From an uncultured Flavobacteriales bacterium (GTDB taxonomy: Bacteria; Bacteroidota; Bacteroidia; Palsa-965), in NCBI GenBank assembly GCA_937974275.1, contig CALJIF010000039.1:28897-92896 (forward strand): DNA of 64,000 bases, given 5' to 3'. How positions within the stretch are numbered: the stretch's first letter is position 1; every line of letters starts with the position of its first letter. Made by a program: the position numbers and the translations under genes. Shown here one piece after another: positions 55,724-64,000 of this stretch. The notes beneath the pieces are model-generated. The model was given only the letters and a program-made list of their open reading frames with translations, was not told the DNA's origin and ran no database searches.

Positions 55724-58495
55724 TTATTTCTTGTCGCCTTTGATGTTGAAGGAAATAGCGATGTTGTCGTAAATGAACTTGTCCGCCATTGAACCGGCTA
55801 AACTCTTTGAGCCGTATTTGATGTTCCAACGTGTACGGTCAATCATAAATTCAGACGTTACCGCAATTACATTTCCCTCGGTGCTGATATTAGCAGGGAA
55901 AGTGATTTCGTTAGTGATACCCTTAATCGTTAAATCAGCTGTTACGATGTAATTGTTTTCGGTGCGGGTTAACTTTTTAAATGTTAACTGAGCTGTTGCG
56001 AAAGAATCAACCGAGAAGAAGTCAGGTGACTTTAAGTGACCAACTAATTTAGCGTTGGAAGTTGAATCTTCAATATCACCAACAGTAACTGAAGACATGT
56101 CGATAGTGAATGCTCCGGTAATGTTGCCTGCGCTGTCAACGGTTAAGGTGCCGTTAGACGTACGCACGATACCGAAATGTTGCCCGGTTACTTTTTTAGC
56201 ATTCCAGGTTAACGTATCAGCCGCTCCGAAATCCCAGGTGCCGGTTAATGATGCGTCAACAGCTACAGTTGCTGCCGCAGGTGTTTCGTGGTGGTTGTTC
56301 TCACCATGTGAACCCAATAGTGGTGCTAAAGTCAAACCTACCAGACATGATAATTTAATTAAAATATTCATGGAAGGTCCTGAAGTATCTTTAAACGGAT
56401 CACCAACAGTGTCGCCTACAACCGCTGCTTTATGCGGATCGGACTTCTTGTAGAAAATTTCTTTTTTGCCGTTTACTTCAATTTCAACGCCCTTTTCAAA
56501 CGACTTCTTAGCATTGTCCCATGCACCACCTGCGTTGTTCTGGAAAATAGCCCACAACACACCGCTTACGGTAACACCGGCCATATACGCACCTAATGCT
56601 TCTGCTCCCATTGTAAAACCAACTACAATTGGCGTTACAATAGTAATGATGCCGGGTAACAACATTTCACGCAATGCAGCTTTAGTAGAAATTTCTACAC
56701 ACTTGCTGTATTCCGGCTTGCCCGTACCTTCCATAATACCCGGTATGGTGCGGAACTGGCGACGCACTTCGTTTACCATGTCCATAGCGGCTTTACCAAC
56801 CGAGTTCATGGCTAATGCAGAGAATACCACCGGAATCATACCACCGATAAATAACGCTGCCAATACTTTTGCTTCGAAGATGTTGATACCGTTAATTCCG
56901 GTAAAGGTTACATAGGCTGCGAATAATGCCAGTGCCGTTAATGCTGCTGATGCAATTGCAAATCCTTTACCAACTGCTGCTGTCGTGTTACCAACCGAAT
57001 CGAGGATGTCTGTTTTTTCACGAACGTCAGCAGGTAATTCAGACATTTCCGCTACACCACCTGCGTTATCCGCGATAGGACCGAAAGCGTCAATAGCCAA
57101 TTGCATTGCAGTATTTGCCATCATTGCAGAAGCTGCAATACCAACTCCGTAGAAACCTGCCAATGCGTACGCGCCCCAAATAGCGCCGGCAAACAAAATA
57201 ACCGGCAAAGCAGTAGATAACATACCTGTTCCCAAACCTGCAATGATGTTAGTTGCAGCACCGGTCGCTGACTTTTGTACGATGCCTAAAACCGGCTTCT
57301 TACCTAAACCTGTGTAGAACTCGGTGATGTATGAAATAGCAGCACCAACGAACATACCGATCACCACTGCCCAGAATACATTCATGCTGGTTGTAGTCGC
57401 GTCTGTTTCTCCTCCGTTGGCAAATACTTTAATAGCCATGGTTTCAGGTAAACACATTTTGATCAGGAAGAATGCAGCAACACCGGAAAGGATGATCGAT
57501 GCCCAGTTTCCTAAGTTTAATGCGTTCTGTACGGTGTTAGTATCTGCTTTAGCCGAATCGCTCACACGCACAAAATAGCTGGAAACGATTGAAGCGAATA
57601 AACCAACAGCTGCAATTAATAACGGTAAGAAAATCGGACCCATTCCGTGGAAAGGAATAGAGTCGTATGAACCTGTTGCTTCAATAACGTCGCGAATAAC
57701 GTAGTTACCCAGTACCATAGAAGCTAATACAGTCGCCACATAAGAACCGAACAAGTCAGCACCCATACCTGCAACGTCACCTACGTTATCACCTACGTTG
57801 TCGGCAATTGTAGCAGGGTTACGGGGATCATCTTCAGGAATTCCTGCTTCTACTTTTCCTACTAAGTCGGCACCAACGTCAGCAGCTTTGGTGTAAATAC
57901 CACCGCCCACACGTGCAAACAATGCAATGCTTTCAGCACCAACAGAGAAACCTGCGAGGACTTCCAATACCTGAGTCATTTTAGCAACCGCTGTATCTGC
58001 GCTGCCTAATGTGCCGTCCATGAACAACTGGAAGAAGATGATGAATAACATACTTAAGCCCAATACAGCTAAGCCGGCAACACCAAGACCCATAACAGTT
58101 CCGCCGGTGAAGGATACTTTTAACGCTTTGGACAACGAAGTACGTGCGGCTTGTGTTGTACGCACGTTTGCTTTAGTTGCAATGCGCATACCGAAGAATC
58201 CGGCTAATGCACTGAATACGCAACCAATAACAAATGATGCTACGATAAGGATGTGAGAGGTTTCTACCACCTGACTCAACCAACCTAACCCGGCACCTGC
58301 AATTACTACATATATAGCAAGGATTTTATATTCTGCTTTTAAGAAAGCCATTGCACCTTCGGCTACGTAGCCTGCAATTTCTTTCATTCGGTCGGTACCT
58401 GCATCTTGTTTGCTTACCCAGGCCGATTTTAACGCCATCACAATAAGTCCTAGAACTCCGAGAGCCGGGACGAGATAGATAATTGAGTCGCTCAT
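55724..58495 (-). CDS. hppA: Membrane-integral H+(/Na+)-translocating pyrophosphatase fused to a C-terminal YceI-like domain
   Basis: About 735-aa V-PPase core (16 TM; GGG, DNVGDNVGD, DTSGPSMNILIKL motifs). Linker ENNHHETPAAATVAV. About 175-aa YceI-like domain (GHLKSPDFFSVDSFATAQLTF, ADLTIKGITNEITF). Single uninterrupted ORF of 923 aa. Confidence 0.85.
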   Translation of the reverse strand: MSDSIIYLVPALGVLGLIVMALKSAWVSKQDAGTDRMKEIAGYVAEGAMAFLKAEYKILAIYVVIAGAGLGWLSQVVETSHILIVASFVIGCVFSALAGFFGMRIATKANVRTTQAARTSLSKALKVSFTGGTVMGLGVAGLAVLGLSMLFIIFFQLFMDGTLGSADTAVAKMTQVLEVLAGFSVGAESIALFARVGGGIYTKAADVGADLVGKVEAGIPEDDPRNPATIADNVGDNVGDVAGMGADLFGSYVATVLASMVLGNYVIRDVIEATGSYDSIPFHGMGPIFLPLLIAAVGLFASIVSSYFVRVSDSAKADTNTVQNALNLGNWASIILSGVAAFFLIKMCLPETMAIKVFANGGETDATTTSMNVFWAVVIGMFVGAAISYITEFYTGLGKKPVLGIVQKSATGAATNIIAGLGTGMLSTALPVILFAGAIWGAYALAGFYGVGIAASAMMANTAMQLAIDAFGPIADNAGGVAEMSELPADVREKTDILDSVGNTTAAVGKGFAIASAALTALALFAAYVTFTGINGINIFEAKVLAALFIGGMIPVVFSALAMNSVGKAAMDMVNEVRRQFRTIPGIMEGTGKPEYSKCVEISTKAALREMLLPGIITIVTPIVVGFTMGAEALGAYMAGVTVSGVLWAIFQNNAGGAWDNAKKSFEKGVEIEVNGKKEIFYKKSDPHKAAVVGDTVGDPFKDTSGPSMNILIKLSCLVGLTLAPLLGSHGENNHHETPAAATVAVDASLTGTWDFGAADTLTWNAKKVTGQHFGIVRTSNGTLTVDSAGNITGAFTIDMSSVTVGDIEDSTSNAKLVGHLKSPDFFSVDSFATAQLTFKKLTRTENNYIVTADLTIKGITNEITFPANISTEGNVIAVTSEFMIDRTRWNIKYGSKSLAGSMADKFIYDNIAISFNIKGDKK

Positions 58496-58662
58496 AAATT
58501 TTCCTTAACGGTTAATTTTCAATGGGTTAGTTAAAGTGTCACCCCATTTTAGGGGCGCAAACATACAATAAAAAATGTTTTCCTCCAAAGGCTTACCAAG
58601 TGAATAGCAGGAATGCTTCAAAACCTATACCGGACGGGTGAAAATGGCAGTTGCAAGGCATG

Positions 58663-58689
58663 AAAAAAGGCGCACAAACGGCGCCTTTT
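58663..58689. terminator. Rho-independent terminator after pdhB
   Basis: AAAAAGGCGCACAAACGGCGCCTTTTAAGG: GC stem with flanking A- and T-runs. Confidence 0.65.
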
Positions 58690-58710
58690 AAGGGTTGTAT
58701 TTATAATTTG

Positions 58711-59691
58711 TTACTTAACGTACATCACATTTTTAACGGCCTGCACCGTCTTTGCTACATTAGGCAATGCCACTTCAATTAACGTTGGTGCGTATGGCAA
58801 TGGCACGTCGGCAGAAACCACGCGTTGTACAGGTGCATCGAGGTAATCGAATGCAAAACGCTGCACGTGATAAGCCAGATCAGTAGAAATATTCGCTAAT
58901 GGCCATGCTTCTTCAACAACAACCAAACGATTAGTTTTCTTAACCGAATTTACCACCGTTGCGTAGTCGATAGGGCGAATGGTGCGTAAATCGATCACTT
59001 CTGCCTGAATGCCGTCTTTCGCCAATTCCTCTGCAGCAGCCATAGCTACCTTGAAAATTTTACCGAACGATACGATGGTCACATCGCTTCCTTCACGGCG
59101 CACATCAGCCACGCCAATCGGCAATAAATATTCTCCTTCCGGAACTTCTCCTTTATCACCGTACATCAATTCCGATTCCATAAAAATGACAGGATCGTTA
59201 TCGCGAATGGCAGACTTTAATAAACCTTTTGCATCATAAGGATTAGAAGGTACAATAACCTTTAATCCCGGACAGTTGGCGTACCAGGAATCGAATGCTT
59301 GAGAGTGCTGTGCAGCCAACTGACCCGCATTACCGGTAGGGCCGCGAAACACCATCGGCATTTGAAATTGACCGCCCGACATGCTCAGCATTTTTGCAGC
59401 GGAATTGATCACCTGATCGATCGCAACTAAAGAGAAGTTGAACGTCATAAATTCCACAATAGGACGTAAGCCGTTCATAGCAGCACCGGTTGCAATACCT
59501 GCGAAGCCCAATTCAGCGATAGGCGTATCGATAATTCGTTTTGGTCCAAATTCAGCCAGCATCCCCTGACTTACTTTATAAGCACCATTATATTCAGCAA
59601 CTTCTTCACCCATCAATAATACAGACGGATCGCGACGCATCTCTTCGTTCATCGCTTCGCGCAAAGCTTCACGGAAGGCAATTGTTCTCAT
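58711..59691 (-). CDS. pdhB: Pyruvate / 2-oxoacid dehydrogenase E1 component beta subunit
   Basis: MRTIAFREALREAMNEEMRRD...IIDTPIAELGFAGIATGAAMNGLRPIVEFMTFNF: transketolase-like pyrimidine-binding domain plus C-terminal domain. The track ORF extends 9 codons upstream. Confidence 0.85.
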   Translation of the reverse strand: MRTIAFREALREAMNEEMRRDPSVLLMGEEVAEYNGAYKVSQGMLAEFGPKRIIDTPIAELGFAGIATGAAMNGLRPIVEFMTFNFSLVAIDQVINSAAKMLSMSGGQFQMPMVFRGPTGNAGQLAAQHSQAFDSWYANCPGLKVIVPSNPYDAKGLLKSAIRDNDPVIFMESELMYGDKGEVPEGEYLLPIGVADVRREGSDVTIVSFGKIFKVAMAAAEELAKDGIQAEVIDLRTIRPIDYATVVNSVKKTNRLVVVEEAWPLANISTDLAYHVQRFAFDYLDAPVQRVVSADVPLPYAPTLIEVALPNVAKTVQAVKNVMYVK

Positions 59692-59900
59692 GTATCTTGT
59701 TCTAAAATTGAGCCTCAAAAGTACATAATAGTTCTTACTTAAATCGATTCGGGGGATTTTGGGTGAAGATTATCTTCCTTCAAGATAGAATGCAGTATTT
59801 ACGGGACTTTTGCGCATCAGGAACTGTTCCATTTTTTTCGTTGGCATTCCTGAATGAAAACCTTATTTTTGCCCACCTTAAAACAGGAAAAATCTTCGTC

Positions 59901-60644
59901 ATGAAAATATTAGTTTGTATCAGCAGCGTTCCCGATACCACAACCAAGATTGCGTTTGTGAACGAGAACAGAGAGTTTAGCAAGCAAGGTGTTCAGTTTA
60001 TCATCAATCCGTATGATGAGTGGTACGCGTTGGTTCGTGCATTGGAATTGAAGGAAGCGAAAGGCAGCGGACAAGTGACGTTGTTCCATGTAGGTCTTGC
60101 CGAGAATGAAGCCATCATTCGCAAAGGATTGGCTATTGGTGCAGATGATGCGGTTCGCGTGGATGCAGATCCGGGTGATGCCTATTTCGTGGCACAACAA
60201 ATTGCAGCGTATGCAGCAGGTAAAGGCTACGATCTGATTCTGGTAGGAAAAGAAACCATCGATTATAACAGTTCAATGGTTGGCGGAATGGTTGCCGAAC
60301 TGATGAATTTGCCATACGTTTCTATGGCTTCCAAGTTGGATGTTGCAGGAGCAGAAATTACTGCCGAGTGCGACATTGACGGAGGTACAGCCGTTGTAAC
60401 GTGCGCCGCACCTGCAGTAATCAGTTGTCAGAAAGGGATGGCGGAAGCACGTATTCCGAATATGCGCGGTATTATGGCTGCGCGCACCAAGCCGCTGGAA
60501 ACTGTTCAGGTATTGGATAATTCTACACTGACTAAAGTAGAAAACTACCGCCTCAACGAAGGACGTCAGGCAGTGAAAATGATTGACGCCGGCAGCATGG
60601 ACGAACTCGTTCGTTTGTTGCACGAAGAAGCCAAAGTGATTTAA
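59901..60644 (+). CDS. etfB: Electron transfer flavoprotein beta subunit
   Basis: MKILVCISSVPDTTTKIAF...INPYDEWYALVRALELKE. The track ORF starts at an upstream GTG (59763); the ATG at 59901 is preferred. Confidence 0.9.
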   Translation: MKILVCISSVPDTTTKIAFVNENREFSKQGVQFIINPYDEWYALVRALELKEAKGSGQVTLFHVGLAENEAIIRKGLAIGADDAVRVDADPGDAYFVAQQIAAYAAGKGYDLILVGKETIDYNSSMVGGMVAELMNLPYVSMASKLDVAGAEITAECDIDGGTAVVTCAAPAVISCQKGMAEARIPNMRGIMAARTKPLETVQVLDNSTLTKVENYRLNEGRQAVKMIDAGSMDELVRLLHEEAKVI

Positions 60645-60667
60645 TTAGTTTTAAAAAAAACATTGAT

Positions 60668-61651
60668 ATGTCAGTAATCGTATATACAGAAGCTGCTAAA
60701 GGAAAAATTCGTAAGAATTCGTTAGAGGCAGTTACTTATGCAGCAGCAATTGCTGCAAAAGTGGGAGGAGAAGTAGTAGCAGTTATTGATGCCGCGGTAG
60801 ATGCCGCATTGCATGCCGATCTGGGCAAAGCTGGTGCACAAAAAGTATTGACCGTAAATCACGCTTCATTAAGCTCGGGCGATGCACGTGCATGGGCGGC
60901 CGTGATGGAGCAAGTAGCTCAGGCGCATGGAGCAAAAGTGGTGGTGTTTTCCCACGACTTAGCAGGTAAAGACATTGCACCACGTGTGGCAGTGCGTTTG
61001 AAAGCCGGTATCGTTGCCGGGGCTGTGGATTTCCCAACAATTGATGGAGGAAAATTCGAAGTGCGTAAAACCGCATTTTCCGGAAAGGCAACTGCAGTTT
61101 ATTCCATTAACTCTGATGTGAAGGTAATTACGTTGTTGCCGAATTCCATCCCTGTAGGAGCAAGCGGTGCAGCGGTTTCCGGCAGTTCGTTTGATGCAAA
61201 GTTGGACGGCGTTTCTTCCGGTGTAACAATTAAAGAACGTAAAACCCGCCAGAGTACGACAGTTCCACTTCCTGAAGCGGAATTAGTGGTGTCAGCAGGT
61301 CGCGGATTGAAAGCACCTGAGAATTGGGGTATTGTAGAAGATCTTGCAACAGCGTTAGGAGCAACTACAGCATGTTCACGCCCTGTTGCGGATATGCACT
61401 GGAGACCGCACCACGAGCACGTTGGACAAACCGGTGTGGCTATTCGTCCGAATTTGTATATCGCTATCGGAATTTCAGGCGCTATTCAACATTTGGCCGG
61501 TGTTAACGGAAGCAAGACTATCGTAGTCATTAACAACGATAAAGAAGCACCATTCTTCAAAGCTGCGGACTATGGCGTTGTAGGTGATGCATTCGAAATT
61601 TTACCGAAGTTGACGGAAGCCGTGAAGAAATTTAAAGCTTCACAAAACTAA
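60668..61651 (+). CDS. etfA: Electron transfer flavoprotein alpha subunit
   Basis: 327 aa with a C-terminal FAD-binding region (VAISGAIQHLAG, IVVINNDKEAPFF). Confidence 0.9.
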   Translation: MSVIVYTEAAKGKIRKNSLEAVTYAAAIAAKVGGEVVAVIDAAVDAALHADLGKAGAQKVLTVNHASLSSGDARAWAAVMEQVAQAHGAKVVVFSHDLAGKDIAPRVAVRLKAGIVAGAVDFPTIDGGKFEVRKTAFSGKATAVYSINSDVKVITLLPNSIPVGASGAAVSGSSFDAKLDGVSSGVTIKERKTRQSTTVPLPEAELVVSAGRGLKAPENWGIVEDLATALGATTACSRPVADMHWRPHHEHVGQTGVAIRPNLYIAIGISGAIQHLAGVNGSKTIVVINNDKEAPFFKAADYGVVGDAFEILPKLTEAVKKFKASQN

Positions 61652-61664
61652 TTGCCGTCGCGTC

Positions 61665-62300
61665 GTGAGTAAAGAGACCAAAAAGGTAAAACTTGAAATT
61701 GTAGGTTTGTCGTATAGCCAAACACAATCCGGTGCATACGCGCTGGTGTTGGGTGAAGCTAAAGGGAAACGTCGTCTTCCGATTATTATCGGAGGATTCG
61801 AAGCTCAGGCCATTGCCATAGAGTTGGAGAAGATGACGCCCAGTCGTCCGTTAACTCACGACTTGTTCAAACAATTTGCGCAGCTTTTCAATATCACCGT
61901 AACCGAAGTGTTGATTTATAATTTGGTGGAGGGTATATTCTTCGCCAAATTAATTTGTCACAACGGAGGAGAGGAAGTTGAAATTGACGCACGTACCTCC
62001 GATGCGATTGCATTGGCAGTACGTTTCAATTGCCCGATTTATACGTATGAGTTTATCTTGTCTCAGGCAGGAATTATTCTGGAAGATGAAAATCCTTCAG
62101 GTGAGTCGCTTGCGGATGATGAAGAGCAGGAGGACGAAGTCGACACTGAAGAATTTTTGGCAGAAGTGACTGGAACTGCAGATTATTCCAAGAAATCGGT
62201 ACAGGAGTTGGAAGAAATGTTGCACCAGGCATTGGGCGCCGAAAACTACGAGCGTGCTTCACAGATTCGTGACGAATTGAACAAACGACGCTCTGCATAA
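61665..62300 (+). CDS. Bifunctional nuclease family protein (DUF151) with C-terminal UVR motif
   Basis: VKLEIVGLSYSQTQSGAYALVLGEAKGKRRLPIIIGGFEAQAI nuclease domain. Acidic linker. UvrB/UvrC-like motif EELEEMLHQALGAENYERASQIRDEL. Confidence 0.75.
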   Translation: MSKETKKVKLEIVGLSYSQTQSGAYALVLGEAKGKRRLPIIIGGFEAQAIAIELEKMTPSRPLTHDLFKQFAQLFNITVTEVLIYNLVEGIFFAKLICHNGGEEVEIDARTSDAIALAVRFNCPIYTYEFILSQAGIILEDENPSGESLADDEEQEDEVDTEEFLAEVTGTADYSKKSVQELEEMLHQALGAENYERASQIRDELNKRRSA

Positions 62301-62352
62301 GCTCGTCGAATTCCATCGTTTTTTATAGCTTTAGCGTTAAGCAATCGTAAAC

Positions 62353-63609
62353 ATGAGTATTAAACTTCGCTTAACTGCAATGAGCTTCCTGCAATTTTTT
62401 GTGTGGGGAGCATGGCTAATTACCATTGGAACGTATTGTATTAACGGCAAAGGTTGGTCGTTTCCGGAGTTCGGAGCAATCTTCTCCACGCTTGCATTGT
62501 CATCTATTATTATGCCTGCCATCACAGGTATTATTGCAGATCGTTACCTGAATGCGGAGCGATTGTATGGTGCGTTGCAAATTATGTACGGTATCATTTT
62601 GTTTTTCGTGCCCGGTGTGGATGATCCTGCAATGCTGTATTACTATATTCTCGCAGCCATGTTGTGTTACATGCCGACAATTAGTTTGTCTAATTCCATC
62701 GCATACACAATTTTAAATAAGCACAATTATGATGTAGTCACCGTGTTTCCACCCATTCGTGTTTGGGGAACTATCGGATTTATTGTGGCCATGTGGGTTA
62801 CTAACTTAACCGGAAGCAAGGACAATGGCAATCAATTTTATATTGCAGGCATTGGCGCTGTGTTGTTAGGTGTGTACTCCTTTTTTCTTCCAGCATGTCC
62901 TCCGCAAAACACGATTTCTAAAACAGCGGGCATATTTGAACAATTGGGATTACATGCCTTCAAGTTGTTCTTGAAATATCAAACTGCATTGTTTTTTATG
63001 TTCTCGATGCTGTTAGGTGCTGCGTTGCAATTAACCAACATGTATGGTGATGCTTATCTGGATAGTTTCAAAGAAATTCCGCAGTACGAAGATTCTTTTG
63101 TGGTAAAATATTCCACCATTATAATGTCCATTTCGCAGATTTCGGAGACGGTGTTTATTCTAACCATTCCCGCATTCTTAAAACGTTTCGGAATTAAGAA
63201 AGTGATGCTGTTGTCCATGTTGGCTTGGGTATTGCGTTTTGGTTTGTTTTCGTTTGGTGATCCGGAAGGCGGATTATGGATGATCATACTTTCGTGTGTG
63301 GTGTACGGAATGGCCTTTGATTTTTTCAATATTTCGGGTTCCCTGTTTATTGAAACCAGTACCGATTCGAAAATACGATCCAGTGCCCAAGGATTGTTCA
63401 TGATGATGACAAACGGATTTGGAGCATACTTGGGTACAGTGGCTAGCAGCTGGGCTATTGGTAAATTTTACGTGTTGCCCAATGGAAATACGGATTGGCA
63501 GGGAGCTTGGTTGGCATTTGCAATTTACGCATTGGTAGTAACGGTGTTATTCGCGATTCTCTTCCGCGATGAGAAGAAACCTGTGGATGTCTCGAACTTG
63601 AAGCATTAG
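62353..63609 (+). CDS. nupG: Nucleoside:H+ symporter (NupG/XapB family MFS)
   Basis: Near-collinear similarity to E. coli NupG along the whole length (LSFLQF..WG.WL, FPPIR.WGTIGF..AMWV, IIMSISQISET.FILTIP, FDFFNISGS.F.E, SAQG.F.MMTNGFG). Confidence 0.85.
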   Translation: MSIKLRLTAMSFLQFFVWGAWLITIGTYCINGKGWSFPEFGAIFSTLALSSIIMPAITGIIADRYLNAERLYGALQIMYGIILFFVPGVDDPAMLYYYILAAMLCYMPTISLSNSIAYTILNKHNYDVVTVFPPIRVWGTIGFIVAMWVTNLTGSKDNGNQFYIAGIGAVLLGVYSFFLPACPPQNTISKTAGIFEQLGLHAFKLFLKYQTALFFMFSMLLGAALQLTNMYGDAYLDSFKEIPQYEDSFVVKYSTIIMSISQISETVFILTIPAFLKRFGIKKVMLLSMLAWVLRFGLFSFGDPEGGLWMIILSCVVYGMAFDFFNISGSLFIETSTDSKIRSSAQGLFMMMTNGFGAYLGTVASSWAIGKFYVLPNGNTDWQGAWLAFAIYALVVTVLFAILFRDEKKPVDVSNLKH

Positions 63610-63881
63610 TGAGTTTCTGCACTCAATGTAGTTGAAGACCTTTTTGCCGATTGTACTTTCCTTCAGTTGTTCCGGTTTTATTTTTCATGCACAAGTAATA
63701 TTTGCAAGCTAAACTACGCTGAAATGATATTACTTCTATTCAGCGTTACCGCCGGTTAATGAATTCGCGATAGATCTTAAATTACTCGTAATGGAAACCG
63801 GTTAATAAACCTTAGCAATGTGAATTAGACAGTAAGTAATATTGCGATTGCTGTGTTGTTTAAATCATGGTGTAAAATAAA

Positions 63882-63919
63882 AAGCACAAATCCGACTGCG
63901 GTAGTCGGCTTTGTGCTTT
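63882..63919. terminator. Strong extended hairpin in an ORF-free 3' region (terminator-like)
   Basis: AAAGCACAAATCCGACTGCGGTAGTCGGCTTTGTGCTTT: about 17 paired positions. Confidence 0.4.
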
Positions 63920-64000
63920 GTGCTTTCTGTATGATTCTATTAATGAATTATTGGATGATAATGCGCTTGGTGGATGTTCCTGTGGCAGTTGTCACTTTTA

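Noticed and set aside
56055-56915. 132-aa and 149-aa plus-strand ORFs
   Set aside because: Antisense to hppA. They mirror its Ala/Gly/Val-rich codons.

Overview
64 kb chromosomal segment from a Bacteroidota genome. Evidence for the phylum: PorU/PorV type IX secretion genes, T9SS C-terminal sorting domains, SusC-like TonB-dependent receptors, a FISUMP-domain protein and TAnnTTTG -7 promoter boxes. No rRNA, tRNA, CRISPR or transposase genes are visible. The first ~42 kb is mostly housekeeping and envelope genes. These include the lpd N-terminus, lnt, porU-porV, an MBOAT/SGNH O-acyltransferase pair, pssA, purS, comM, atpDC, ribF, ahcY, greA, ruvC, a dNK, and a pnuC/NadR-kinase operon fused to PcrB/ThiE-like/PPTase genes. 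A clear TPP riboswitch lies on the minus strand in front of a TonB-dependent receptor. A three-gene surface module (giant TonB-dependent receptor, 1386-aa T9SS cargo protein, PorV/PorQ-like beta-barrel) forms one operon. The second half (~42-56 kb) is a stress/accessory stretch: AAA ATPase, SAM-MTase, DinB, KatG, SRPBCC, cupin, DUF2200/DUF2490/DUF1801 proteins, a small MscS-like channel, an MFS transporter, a Crp/Fnr regulator and a FISUMP protein. It ends in an AT-rich pair of genes that look like a defence module (AbiJ-like/HEPN candidate plus a PD-(D/E)xK-like protein). Next comes an H+-pyrophosphatase with an unusual C-terminal YceI-like fusion, then pdhB, etfBA, a bifunctional nuclease and nupG. 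An unannotated 40-aa membrane ORF sits inside a four-gene translationally coupled operon. All product calls rest on motif and architecture recognition by eye, with no database search.
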